From a virus (lineage: Duplodnaviria; Caudoviricetes), in the IMG/VR virus record IMGVR_UViG_3300012344_000013, positions 62,577 through 126,576 of that record: 64,000 nucleotides of DNA. One strand, 5' to 3'. Each line of letters opens with the position of its first letter. Position 1 is the stretch's first letter. Shown piece by piece: positions 1 through 9,882 of this stretch. The notes under the pieces are model-generated. The model ran no database searches. It was not told the origin of the DNA and saw nothing but the letters and a program-made list of their open reading frames with translations. The position numbers and the translations under genes were made by a program.

Positions 1-687
1 GTATGTATTGATTTAGATTATCTTAATAGATTATCTAATAAGTATACTGTAGGATTAGAAAATGCTACTAAGCAATTAAACGAAATATTAGAACCGTATT
101 CAAAACAGATATCTTATTATCAAAGTTTGGGTAAATTAGATAAACCAGTTAATTTTGAATCATCACAACAATTACAGATATTGATGTATGATATATTAAA
201 ATTAGAGCCCATAGAAGATAAAGGCCGTTCTACAGCAAAAGCAGAATTGAAAGCTTTTGATATACCATTTACAAATGCCCTATTAGATTATAGACATTGT
301 AGTGTACTTATGAAAACATTTATAAAACCAACTCCCGAGCGAATTAGTACTAGAGATGGTAAATTACATACTAACTTTAATCAGATGGGTGCAGAAGAAA
401 ATAATGTCCGTTCTGGTAGATTTTCAAGCACTAATCCAAATTTACAGAATATTCCAAGTAAATCTCAAGAAGTACGTCTGATGTTTGAAGCTAGCGAGGA
501 AATAGTTGATTGTAGTTTCAATAATAATTGTATAGAATTAAGTACATTTGACGATGTTGAGACTGATATGGGTTGGAAAAACATAAAAGAATTGAATATA
601 GGAGATATTATATTAAGTAACAATTGTCAACTAGTTATAGAAAATATAAGTATAGTTGATAATATAGCTAAGATATTTGTAAAATAA
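1..687 (+). CDS. polA: Family A DNA polymerase, N-terminal part (runs off window start), ending in a degenerate Hint/intein-like segment
   Basis: Frame is open from base 1. PolA motifs GKLHTNFNQ and SGRFSSTNPNLQNIP, then VETDMGWKNIKELNIGDII (Hint-like) and a stop. Confidence 0.9.
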   Translation, partial: VCIDLDYLNRLSNKYTVGLENATKQLNEILEPYSKQISYYQSLGKLDKPVNFESSQQLQILMYDILKLEPIEDKGRSTAKAELKAFDIPFTNALLDYRHCSVLMKTFIKPTPERISTRDGKLHTNFNQMGAEENNVRSGRFSSTNPNLQNIPSKSQEVRLMFEASEEIVDCSFNNNCIELSTFDDVETDMGWKNIKELNIGDIILSNNCQLVIENISIVDNIAKIFVK

Positions 688-706
688 TTATAGGTGGTGG
701 GTATTA

Positions 707-1834
707 TTGAAATCGATAAAAGTAAAAAAGCATTATATTATAGTTGGTGGAGATTTTAGTGCTCAAGAGCCTAGAATTTTAACAAGTATAACTAATGACC
801 CTACATTTCTTGAGGTATTTAGAACCGGTAAAGACCCTTATGCTACTATTAGTTCTCTTGTATTTAAGAAATCGTATTGGGAATGTATGGAACATCATGA
901 AGACGGTACTCCTAATCCTGATGGAGCATTATTACGGAAAAGGGCAAAAACTATTCTACTTGGAATTACCTATGGAATGGGACCAAAACTTATGGCTAGT
1001 AATTTACATGTAGATATAGATGAATGCGTTGAAATATTAAATGAGTTTTTTAAGACTTTTCCAAATATAAAATCATTCACGGAATATAATATAAATTCTG
1101 CTAAAGAATTAGGTTATGTAGAAGATTACATGGGGCGGCGGCGTCATTTACCTGATGCTCAATTAGATGAGATTAAAGTACAAGCTAATAAGGAAATTTA
1201 TACTGATTGTGATTTATTTTTAGATTGTACTACTTCTGATTGTAAGATAAATATAAAAGATAGTGAAGCTACTAATAAATGGACAAATATTTATTTAGAG
1301 CAATATGCTCATAAGGGTTTCAAAGCTAAGACACAATTCAAAGAATTAGCTAAAAAAAATGATATAGTAGTTAGAGATAACGGCGCATTTATATCAAAAA
1401 CTATGACACAATGTACTAACGCACGCATTCAAGGGTCCGCTGCGACGCTAACAAAAAAAGCTATGATATGTATTGATGGAAACGAAGAATTAAATAAGCT
1501 AGGTTTTAGATTACTTATTCCAATTCATGATGAGCTTTTAGGAGAATGTCCTATAGAAAATGCAGATAAAGTAGCTAAGTTACTCTGTGAGACTATGATT
1601 AGTGCTGGTAAGCCGGAACTTTCTGTTGATATGTCTGTAGATGCATATATAGTAAAACACTGGTATGCTGATGAAATATCTAATACTATTTACAATGACT
1701 ATCACAAACGTATAGATAAAGGTGAATTAAGAGAAGATGTTATAGAAGATATTCATAAAAATCATTGCGAATTTTCTAAAGATACTATAATATCTATGTG
1801 CGATGGAACATTTGACATTTTAGGAGATGTATAA
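707..1834 (+). CDS. polA: Family A DNA polymerase, C-terminal catalytic part
   Basis: Motif A GDFSAQEPR, motif B RKRAKTILLGITYG, NARIQGSAA, motif C IHDEL. Own RBS (AGGTGG) before TTG. Confidence 0.95.
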   Translation: MKSIKVKKHYIIVGGDFSAQEPRILTSITNDPTFLEVFRTGKDPYATISSLVFKKSYWECMEHHEDGTPNPDGALLRKRAKTILLGITYGMGPKLMASNLHVDIDECVEILNEFFKTFPNIKSFTEYNINSAKELGYVEDYMGRRRHLPDAQLDEIKVQANKEIYTDCDLFLDCTTSDCKINIKDSEATNKWTNIYLEQYAHKGFKAKTQFKELAKKNDIVVRDNGAFISKTMTQCTNARIQGSAATLTKKAMICIDGNEELNKLGFRLLIPIHDELLGECPIENADKVAKLLCETMISAGKPELSVDMSVDAYIVKHWYADEISNTIYNDYHKRIDKGELREDVIEDIHKNHCEFSKDTIISMCDGTFDILGDV

Positions 1835-2965
1835 ATGCAATTTAACATAAGAGAGCTTAAAGATATTACATCTAAGTTAAATATAGCTATAGAGAAATCT
1901 AAGATAAATCCTAAAGCAGGTTGGATTGAATTTATTTCTAATGAGGATAAGCTTGAGTTGATTGTATCAAATTATGATTATTATGTAGCTATAAAATTAA
2001 ATAGCAATAATAGCATTTCTGAAAGTATTCATGCTACTATATCTTCAGATACATTTATACCTTTAATTTCTAAGTTAGATTCTGATATTATTGATATTAA
2101 AGAGAGTGGCAATGCTTTAGTAGTATCTACTGAAAAAAGTTCATATACATTTCCTATGATAAAAGAAATGGGCAAAACTAAAGTATTAGATAAAATTCCA
2201 TTTAATTATAATATGGGTTATATCACCAATATTAAAGGCGAAGATTTAGCTAGTATAGCAAAATCTAATACAAAAGGATTATTAGATTCTATATTTGTTA
2301 AAGAAATACAGCAATATATTTATATTGATAACATAGGTGCAATAACATTTACTGAGAATATTTATATAAATAATTTTGAAAAACCTTATGATGTAGATTT
2401 TAAGTTTTTGCTTAATTGTACTCAATCTAAATTATTAGATATATTTAATGATATTGATTTTGTCAGCATTTATAGTAATTTAGATGATTATGATAGCAGT
2501 TATAAAATATCACTGGTTTCTAATAATATTACTATTATATTTAAGGTTGCTTCGAAAAAGATAACAGATAAATATCCTGCTATTAAATTAAGAGATATTG
2601 CAAAGAATGTATCAAATACGCACATTGTTTTAGATAAAAAAGTATTAGATAAAGCTTTATCTAGGCTTATGGTTTTTGATAAGAAATTTGATATAACTGA
2701 TTTAACTTATAGTAAAATAGTATTTGGGATTGATTCGTTGAAATTAGTTTCAATAAAAAGTAATAATTTTGAAGAAATAAAGTATATAAGTAGCTCCAAT
2801 ACATTTGATAGAGAATTTATAATAAGATTTGCTGATTTAGTGAAGCAATTAAAAGCAATTACTTCTAAAGAAATAGATATTAGCTACGGTAATCAACCGG
2901 CTTTAGCAATAAATGGAAATGTGTTACAACTCATACCTGAAGTTAAAATGATAGGAACTGTGTAA
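1835..2965 (+). CDS. dnaN: Sliding clamp (DnaN/beta-like)
   Basis: 376 aa, beta-clamp-like size and pattern (KYPAIK..., LDKALSRL); sits beside the polymerase, with clamp loader genes downstream. Confidence 0.7.
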   Translation: MQFNIRELKDITSKLNIAIEKSKINPKAGWIEFISNEDKLELIVSNYDYYVAIKLNSNNSISESIHATISSDTFIPLISKLDSDIIDIKESGNALVVSTEKSSYTFPMIKEMGKTKVLDKIPFNYNMGYITNIKGEDLASIAKSNTKGLLDSIFVKEIQQYIYIDNIGAITFTENIYINNFEKPYDVDFKFLLNCTQSKLLDIFNDIDFVSIYSNLDDYDSSYKISLVSNNITIIFKVASKKITDKYPAIKLRDIAKNVSNTHIVLDKKVLDKALSRLMVFDKKFDITDLTYSKIVFGIDSLKLVSIKSNNFEEIKYISSSNTFDREFIIRFADLVKQLKAITSKEIDISYGNQPALAINGNVLQLIPEVKMIGTV

Positions 2966-3438
2966 TGGCGGATAGTTTAGGTAAGAAATTTGAGCAAAAA
3001 GTAAAAGAAGATTGGTTAAAGTTAGATAATATATCTATAGACCGCATATATGATGTTACTATGGGATATAAGACAGTTGCTAATGTAAGTGATTTTATAG
3101 CATATAATTATCCTAATATTTTCTACCTAGAATGTAAAACAAAAAAAGGTAATACGTTTTCATTAGCAGAGTTCAGACAGTTTGATAAATTAAAGCAAAA
3201 AGTAGGTATAAAAGGAGTGCGAAGCGGTATAGTTATATGGTTTTATGAGCACGACAATTGTATACTATATATACCTACAAGTACTTTTATAAAATTAGAA
3301 GTTGACGGAAAGAAATCTTTTAATGTAAAATATATAGGAAGTAATGAATATCCGAGTATTGTTATTCCATCGATAAAGAGAAGAACTTTTTACGACTCTG
3401 ATTATTCGGTACTTTTTAATTTAGAAGAAGGTTGGTAA
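2965..3438 (+). CDS. recU: RecU-like Holliday junction resolvase
   Basis: GKKFEQ...SDFIAY...LECKT PD-(D/E)xK motif, Q..KL helix. Confidence 0.8.
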   Translation: MADSLGKKFEQKVKEDWLKLDNISIDRIYDVTMGYKTVANVSDFIAYNYPNIFYLECKTKKGNTFSLAEFRQFDKLKQKVGIKGVRSGIVIWFYEHDNCILYIPTSTFIKLEVDGKKSFNVKYIGSNEYPSIVIPSIKRRTFYDSDYSVLFNLEEGW

Positions 3439-3651
3439 GTTAATTTGATTAGAGTTGAGTATGATGGCGCAATTTATGACGTATTAAAGACACTATATGT
3501 TGAACATAACGGGAAGGCATTCGATGTTTTTGGCGTAAAATTCGTATTAGGTAATCCAGAAACAGGGCAGATAGTTTGTGCAAAAGTAGAGGATTGTAAA
3601 TATATAGTAGATAAGAAAAAGAAAAATCTTAATGAATAGAGGTAAATTGTT

Positions 3652-4149
3652 ATGAGAGATTTGAGTAAATCTTTAGAAGCTGCTAATATAACATATGATG
3701 AGTTAATTCCTTTAGCTAATAGTATTATTAAAAAGTGTACAGCAGATGCTGATAAGATTATTGAAGAGGCTAAACAGAATATTTATGTGATGACTAATGA
3801 ACACATAAGAAATTTAATGCTTAATTTATCATTTACATCTTATAGTTTTAGTGAACTTAAAGAAAAATCAGCATTAAAAGCAACTTGTGCAGAGATACTA
3901 AAAGATGAGAACTATTCTATAGAGTTAAATAAAGCAGATGGTACTGTAGCGCAAAAACAAAGTGCTGCTTTGCTTAATAATATAGATAATGTTTTAGTAG
4001 AAGCAGTATACGAAATGGTGGCTAATTCTATAAAAACAAAATTAGATGAAATTCATAGAGTAGTAGATACACTAAAGAATGTATTGATAAGCAGACAATC
4101 AGAAGCAAAGTTAGCTATTAGTGTAGATAATGGCGCACCTATAGAGTAA
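3652..4149 (+). CDS. Helical protein upstream of recA (possible recombination mediator)
   Basis: All-alpha ORF with RBS directly upstream of recA; function inferred from position only. Confidence 0.35.
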   Translation: MRDLSKSLEAANITYDELIPLANSIIKKCTADADKIIEEAKQNIYVMTNEHIRNLMLNLSFTSYSFSELKEKSALKATCAEILKDENYSIELNKADGTVAQKQSAALLNNIDNVLVEAVYEMVANSIKTKLDEIHRVVDTLKNVLISRQSEAKLAISVDNGAPIE

Positions 4150-4161
4150 AGGAGAGGTATA

Positions 4162-5394
4162 ATGGCATCAGTTTTAGAAATAGCAAAGAAACTAAATAAA
4201 GAATTTAATGACCCTACATTTGCAATAATGGGAGATGTAAAACCTAACTATAAAAGAATGCCCACAAATGCATTAGGATTAGATTATATTTTAGGCGGAG
4301 GTATTCCTCTCGGACGTATAATTGAATTTTCGGGGCTCCAACATTCTGGGAAAACTACTGCTGCATGTGCAGTAATGGCCGCATATCAAAGGCATTTTCC
4401 AGATAAAATGTGCATTTATGTAGATGTAGAGCATTCATTAGATAGAACATTTCAAGCTAAAATGACCGGATTAGATTTTAGTAAGGTGTTATATGTTTCG
4501 CCTAATTGTCAATCCGGTGAACAAGTGTGCGATATGATTATAGAATGGCAAAAAAGTGATGATATTGGTTGTATTGTATTGGATTCACTTCCAGCACTTA
4601 TGTCAGCAGCTGTTTTAGAGAATGACCTTACGAAAGATACAGGTATGAGAGGTTCCATGGCTAAGACTTTTCATAAGTTCTTTCCAATAATGGGAGATTT
4701 AGTAGCAAAAAAGGAAAATCTATTTATTGCTATAAATCAAGTACGCGATGATGGTAAGACTTTTACCGGTATTCAGAAGTGGAAGGAACCTTGCGGAAAT
4801 GCTGCAAACTTTTATTCTTCTATTATAATTAGATTTGGTACTCGTAAGTTTACTCTTGGAGATGATATGGATGCTTGTGGCGCCAAAAATGGAGAAGGTG
4901 CTGATGGTTTTAGACTTCTCTATAAGGTTCTTAAGAATAAATGTGGCAGTTGTAATCGTGGTGGTGGATTTATGACTTTCAGATATGCAACTGGGCTCGA
5001 TTGGATAAATGATTTACTTGAGATAGCAGTAGGATTTGGATTTATAAAGAGATTGAGTACAGTAACTTATGCATTGGTAAATCTTAAGCAAGAGTATAGA
5101 ATTAACGAAGAAACTGGCGAAATTCTAAAGGATGCAAAAACAGGAGAACCGGTACTTAATATTCTTCTAGATGAGGAAGGAAACGAGCTTAAAGGCAAAA
5201 AAGTAGATTTAATAGAATATATTAAGACTAATATTCCTTTTCAAACTCAGTATCTTAAAATGCTTAATGATGTTATCTCTGAAGATGATACAGTATCATA
5301 TGGTTCGTTACTTGATGCGAGAACTAATGAAGAGATAAATGCACAACAATTTGCTATAGATAATCAGTATGTAATAGATAAGAGTAATCAATAA
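4162..5394 (+). CDS. recA: RecA/UvsX recombinase
   Basis: LGGGIPLGRIIEFSGLQHSGKTT Walker A, DVEHSLD, IVLDS, INQVR, VLKNK. Confidence 0.95.
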   Translation: MASVLEIAKKLNKEFNDPTFAIMGDVKPNYKRMPTNALGLDYILGGGIPLGRIIEFSGLQHSGKTTAACAVMAAYQRHFPDKMCIYVDVEHSLDRTFQAKMTGLDFSKVLYVSPNCQSGEQVCDMIIEWQKSDDIGCIVLDSLPALMSAAVLENDLTKDTGMRGSMAKTFHKFFPIMGDLVAKKENLFIAINQVRDDGKTFTGIQKWKEPCGNAANFYSSIIIRFGTRKFTLGDDMDACGAKNGEGADGFRLLYKVLKNKCGSCNRGGGFMTFRYATGLDWINDLLEIAVGFGFIKRLSTVTYALVNLKQEYRINEETGEILKDAKTGEPVLNILLDEEGNELKGKKVDLIEYIKTNIPFQTQYLKMLNDVISEDDTVSYGSLLDARTNEEINAQQFAIDNQYVIDKSNQ

Positions 5395-5768
5395 TGGCTG
5401 TGGGAATTAAAAGTAGAAATAAAGAAGGAGAGAAATTACCTACACGGTATTTCTCTTCCCTTCAAGAATCTTCTGTAGCAAAAGCAGTAGGTGGGAGAAA
5501 AACAGCTAATAGTGGAGCTACTGACTTTGGCGGTAAATCTGATGTTAGTATACGTGCATTATTTAATATAGAGTGCAAAACTAAAACAACTGCTTCAGAA
5601 TCTATATCTATAAAAAAAGATTGGATAGAAAAAAATAAAAGGGAAGCAGTATTTGATGGACATCCGTATTCTGCAATAGCTTTTAATTTCGGACCCAATC
5701 AAGAAAATTATTATATTATAGATGAGTTTCTTTTCAAGGAATTAGTAAAACATTTACAAGAAAAATAA
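5394..5768 (+). CDS. Phage Holliday-junction resolvase-like PD-(D/E)xK nuclease
   Basis: QE..VAK...SGA...KSDV...IECKT motif. Confidence 0.75.
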   Translation: MAVGIKSRNKEGEKLPTRYFSSLQESSVAKAVGGRKTANSGATDFGGKSDVSIRALFNIECKTKTTASESISIKKDWIEKNKREAVFDGHPYSAIAFNFGPNQENYYIIDEFLFKELVKHLQEK

Positions 5769-5810
5769 GTCAACTTTTTAGTTGACTTATTTCTTTTTAT
5801 ATATTATAAT
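5765..5810 (+). promoter_or_regulatory. Terminator hairpin fused to sigma-A promoter
   Basis: ATAAGTCAAC-loop-GTTGACTTAT followed by T-run; TTGACT(5782)-17 nt-TATAAT(5805). Confidence 0.8.
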
Positions 5811-5886
5811 AAGAATGTAAATAAAAGAAATGCATTTAATTATATAGCTTCACCAAAATCTTCTATAAAAGAAATCTAAAAAGTAG

Positions 5887-5915
5887 TTGATTTTTAAGAT
5901 GAAATGATGTATAAT
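5887..5915 (+). promoter_or_regulatory. Sigma-A-type promoter
   Basis: TTGATT-17-TATAAT followed by TGTAAATAAAA leader and RBS. Confidence 0.8.
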
Positions 5916-5951
5916 ATAAATGTAAATAAAAATTGAAAGAGGTATTTTATC

Positions 5952-6284
5952 ATGGCTAAATCAAGAAAAGGTATTACTTATTGGGCGGTTGTTAAAGGGG
6001 ATTCATTCCTTGGCGAGAAAGAGACGGTGGCAGTTAATTATCTTGCGAATGATATGACTAATGTTAACGGCTGGAGTTTTGGCAGTTACAAAGCAGATGC
6101 TATTCCTTTTACAGGTGGTACTATTCTTAAAGCATTCAATGGCAAAGACCTTATGGAATGCAGGAAAAATGCTATGAAAATGGGCATGTACATTAGAAGC
6201 TACGATGATTTCAAGAAAGAAGCTATAGCAGAAATGCAGGGCAAGACTTACAATTACAGGACAGGCAAAGTAGAAGAAAATTAA
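5952..6284 (+). CDS. Hypothetical early protein
   Basis: Own promoter, RBS AGAGG and downstream terminator. Confidence 0.7.
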   Translation: MAKSRKGITYWAVVKGDSFLGEKETVAVNYLANDMTNVNGWSFGSYKADAIPFTGGTILKAFNGKDLMECRKNAMKMGMYIRSYDDFKKEAIAEMQGKTYNYRTGKVEEN

Positions 6285-6311
6285 CAGAATATTTACATAT
6301 ATTCTTATCAT

Positions 6312-6356
6312 GAAGTCAACTTTTTAGTTGACTTCTTTTTCGTTATGTTTTATAAT
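6312..6356 (+). promoter_or_regulatory. Terminator hairpin fused to sigma-A promoter
   Basis: GAAGTCAAC/GTTGACTTC plus T-run; TTGACT(6328)-17-TATAAT(6351). Confidence 0.8.
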
Positions 6357-6378
6357 AATATTAAAGGAGATGATATTG

Positions 6379-6741
6379 GTGATTAGAATCCCATTATTTG
6401 AAATGGCCCGAATAGGCTATATAGGTGATTTAGAAATTTACATTAGAACTGATGACCCTGGGAATATTCCTCACTTCCATATTTGGGATAAAGAAACTAC
6501 GGGTGATAGATTTCATGGTTGTATACGAATTGATAAAGCTGACTATTTCTTCCACGAGGGCAGGTACGGCACACTTAATAGCAGACAACGCAGAGAACTA
6601 GTTAAGTTTTTAGAAAGCCCTCATAAAAGATATAACATCACGAATTGGGAATATCTAGTGGGGGAATGGAATAATAATAACTCAGTAGTAAATCTTCCTG
6701 ATGATTATCCTATGCCTGATTATCTTACGTTAAGGGGTTAA
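6379..6741 (+). CDS. DUF4160-like protein (HicA-related toxin family)
   Basis: MARIG...IYI..D.GNIPHFH...W motif. Start moved downstream of RBS AAGGAG because the listed TTG at 6328 is the -35 box. Confidence 0.65.
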   Translation: MIRIPLFEMARIGYIGDLEIYIRTDDPGNIPHFHIWDKETTGDRFHGCIRIDKADYFFHEGRYGTLNSRQRRELVKFLESPHKRYNITNWEYLVGEWNNNNSVVNLPDDYPMPDYLTLRG

Positions 6742-6955
6742 AATGAAGAAAATAACTGATGGACCTTCTATAGGTTTACTAATTAGCGCTGTCCAAGTGG
6801 CTTTAATACTACTACGAATGTTTAATATTATTAAATGGCATATATTATTGGTAATGTTGCCTACAATTTTATGTGTAGCCGTATTTGTAATATGGTATAT
6901 AGTATTGTATATCTACTACATAATTCATCTAAATGGTTAATAAAGGAGAAATAGA

Positions 6956-7540
6956 ATGAAAGTAAGTAATGTAAATGTTTATGGATTAGAAGAAAGTATT
7001 AAAGCATCTAAATACCCAATGGCTATTGATGCTACTAAGTGTACTTCAGAAATTACTAATACAACAAAGAAATTATTTAGTTGTGATAAAGGAACTGGGC
7101 ATGACCAAGCATTAACAGGTATTATAGTACAGTTTGATTTAACCTGTTCAAATAAAATGTGGGTTGAAGCTGAGAGATATTCATTTTTAGATTTCGTTAG
7201 CTCGCAGTCAACTATGCACCGCATAACTAAGTTTGACCTCAATACTTGCTATAATGAATATGTAGATGATAGAATTATAAATATAATGAAAGATAAAGTA
7301 CAAGAGTATAATAGACTATCGGAGAATAAAAATATTAGTCAAGATGAACTAAAAAGAAAATACTTAGAAATTCTTTATAGTAATCCAGCTGGTTTTGAAC
7401 TTACTGCAAGAATGACTACAAATTATAGACAACTTAAAACAATTTATAGTCAAAGAAAAGACCATAGATTGCCTGAGTGGAGAAAATTTTGCGATTGGAT
7501 TTTAACACTTCCTTATTTTGAAGAACTTTGTCTTAGTTGA
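6956..7540 (+). CDS. Divergent ThyX-like (flavin-dependent thymidylate synthase fold) protein
   Basis: GHD..L.GI.VQFD, ERY...SSQSTMH, TTNYRQLK.IY.QR..HRLPEW; canonical RHR motif altered. Confidence 0.6.
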   Translation: MKVSNVNVYGLEESIKASKYPMAIDATKCTSEITNTTKKLFSCDKGTGHDQALTGIIVQFDLTCSNKMWVEAERYSFLDFVSSQSTMHRITKFDLNTCYNEYVDDRIINIMKDKVQEYNRLSENKNISQDELKRKYLEILYSNPAGFELTARMTTNYRQLKTIYSQRKDHRLPEWRKFCDWILTLPYFEELCLS

Positions 7541-7595
7541 ATAAACTACTGGTTATAGTTTATAATAAATATATAAAGATAAAGGGAGAGTTTAT

Positions 7596-8288
7596 ATGTC
7601 AGATATTGTTAATAAGAATTATGAGTATTATAAAAATTTATTAAAAGAAAATATCAAAAGAGAAGATGTTACAAGACTGATACATTGGCTTGATAATTCT
7701 GATGCTAGAGTAGCTCCTGCTAGTTCTAAATATCATCTAAATGTAGAGGGTGGGCTTATACAGCATTCATTAAATGTTTATAATAGAATGATGCAGTTAT
7801 ATTCGTTAGATTTTGGTTCTTATTATAAAGATGCAGAAGTATCTAATAATAACTCTAATACAGAAGTAGAGATAAACTGGCCTAATACAATAGAATCAAT
7901 AACAATTGTAGCACTGTTGCATGATATATCTAAAATAAATTTTTATGAACGTTATAGTCGTAATATAAAGAATTCTAATACTGGTGTTTGGGAAAGTGTA
8001 GAAGAATATAGAATTAAAGATACACAAGAAAGATTTATATATGGTACTCATTCTGAAACTTCTTGTTATATGGTTAATAAATTGATACCAACTACTTTTG
8101 AAGAAGATACTGCTATATTGTATCATATGGGTAACTTAGATAAAAATGACAATACTCGCGATTTATGTACAATGTTTAGAAGAAATAAATTAGCTTATTA
8201 TCTTAATACTGCAGATATGTATGCAACATGTGTAACTGATAATTTAGGAATTAGAGAAAATGGACCAGATAATACTGAATCAGCTTGA
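7596..8288 (+). CDS. HD-domain phosphohydrolase
   Basis: APASSKYH...GGLIQHSLNV, ALLHDISK, AILYHMG, ADM. Confidence 0.85.
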   Translation: MSDIVNKNYEYYKNLLKENIKREDVTRLIHWLDNSDARVAPASSKYHLNVEGGLIQHSLNVYNRMMQLYSLDFGSYYKDAEVSNNNSNTEVEINWPNTIESITIVALLHDISKINFYERYSRNIKNSNTGVWESVEEYRIKDTQERFIYGTHSETSCYMVNKLIPTTFEEDTAILYHMGNLDKNDNTRDLCTMFRRNKLAYYLNTADMYATCVTDNLGIRENGPDNTESA

Positions 8289-8604
8289 GCAATTAAAATT
8301 CTATAATTATATTATTGATAATAATCCTAATAAAAAAGATATGTCTTCTATAGATAATGATATCATTTTTAGTAAAGCTAATGTTGTTAATAAATCTAAT
8401 AAATATAGATTTATTTTAGAAGAATATATGGTTAAGCCATACGCAGGATTTACATTTAATGAGCAGTTTAATAATGGTATAAATCCTCCATCGGTTGTTT
8501 TAGAAGGAGAGATTATAAAAACAACTGAAAAAATGTATAGAATTAAGTGCAATGATTGGGAAGGTTGGGTTCCTATTAAAAGTTGTAGATTGGAGAAAAT
8601 ATAG

Positions 8605-9588
8605 ATGAGCAGTTTAGCTAATGATTTAAGACCTACTTGTTGGGCTGAAGTTGTTGGGCAACCAGTTACTGTAAGTGTATTAAGTAGACAAATAGCTGAG
8701 AAAAAGATAAAACAAGCATATTTGTTTTCTGGACCTGCTGGAACGGGAAAAACTTCAGTTGCTAGAATATTTGCACAAGATTTGGGGTGTGAGCCTATTG
8801 AATTAGATGCTGCTTCTAATAATGGTGTAGATAGTGTAAGAGCTATAATAAGCGATGCCAGTATGTCTTCTATATATTCTGATTATAAAGTTTATATACT
8901 AGATGAGTGCCATAGATTTTCAGGAGCGGCTTGGGATTCATTACTTAAACTTATTGAAGAACCGCCTGAAGGCGTTATATTTATATTCTGTACTACTGAT
9001 GCTGATAAGGTGCCTTTAACTATATTATCTAGATTACAGAGATTTGATTTTAAGCTAGTTAGTAGAGAAGATATAGCTAGTAGATTAGCATATATACTTA
9101 ATGAAATTACACACATGAAATATGAAGAATCTGCATTGGATAGAATAGCAACTTATTCTCAAGGACATTTAAGGACCGCGATACAGGCATTAGATAAGTG
9201 TTTAAGCTGTTTAGATGATTTAACACTTAGAGCAGTAGAAGAAACATTAGGATATGCTAGTATAGAAGCTACTGAACATTTTATTGATGGGTTGCAGAAA
9301 TCTAATAGCAATACTTGTTTAGAAATAATAGATACCTGTAATAAGTTAGGTAGTAATAATCTTATTGAATTATTTAATAGTATTATGAGTTATACTCTTG
9401 ATTTATTGATTTTTGATAAAACACATAATACTAAATATTGTAACTATAACTTAAGTGTAGATTATATATCTAATTATGATTTTAATAAAATTAAGCTTAT
9501 TTATTATAGATGTTTGTCATTGAGACAATTGATAAATCAGTTAAATGTTGGTGATATGCTTAAAACTATTGTATTGGAGATGTGTTAA
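8605..9588 (+). CDS. dnaX: Clamp loader AAA+ subunit (DnaX gamma/tau-like)
   Basis: RP...EVVGQ, AYLFSGPAGTGKT, ELDAASNNGVD, VYILDECH, LLKLIEEPP, TILSR. Confidence 0.93.
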   Translation: MSSLANDLRPTCWAEVVGQPVTVSVLSRQIAEKKIKQAYLFSGPAGTGKTSVARIFAQDLGCEPIELDAASNNGVDSVRAIISDASMSSIYSDYKVYILDECHRFSGAAWDSLLKLIEEPPEGVIFIFCTTDADKVPLTILSRLQRFDFKLVSREDIASRLAYILNEITHMKYEESALDRIATYSQGHLRTAIQALDKCLSCLDDLTLRAVEETLGYASIEATEHFIDGLQKSNSNTCLEIIDTCNKLGSNNLIELFNSIMSYTLDLLIFDKTHNTKYCNYNLSVDYISNYDFNKIKLIYYRCLSLRQLINQLNVGDMLKTIVLEMC

Positions 9589-9882
9589 TGGACGTAGTTG
9601 ACTTTTCTAAATATGTAGTTAATAATCTTAATAGAGCTACTCTTTCTAATGCGCTAAATATAACTAATACTGTGATAAGTTCTAAGTATAATTTGGAAGA
9701 ATTTGTAAACAATATTATAAAGTATTCTATTGAATTAGGTCAGCAGGATAAGTTAAACTATAATTTGGTATATAATATATTGTTTTATTCAAATAAATGT
9801 CTTGAGACCTTAAAAAATAAAGGTAGTTTAACAGATACTATGATACTGGATGATTATATAATAGAAATTTGGAGAACTATAA

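Noticed and set aside
470-760. Active intein or self-splicing intron in polA
   Set aside because: No C-terminal His-Asn plus nucleophile, and the 19-nt gap is too short for a group I or II intron.
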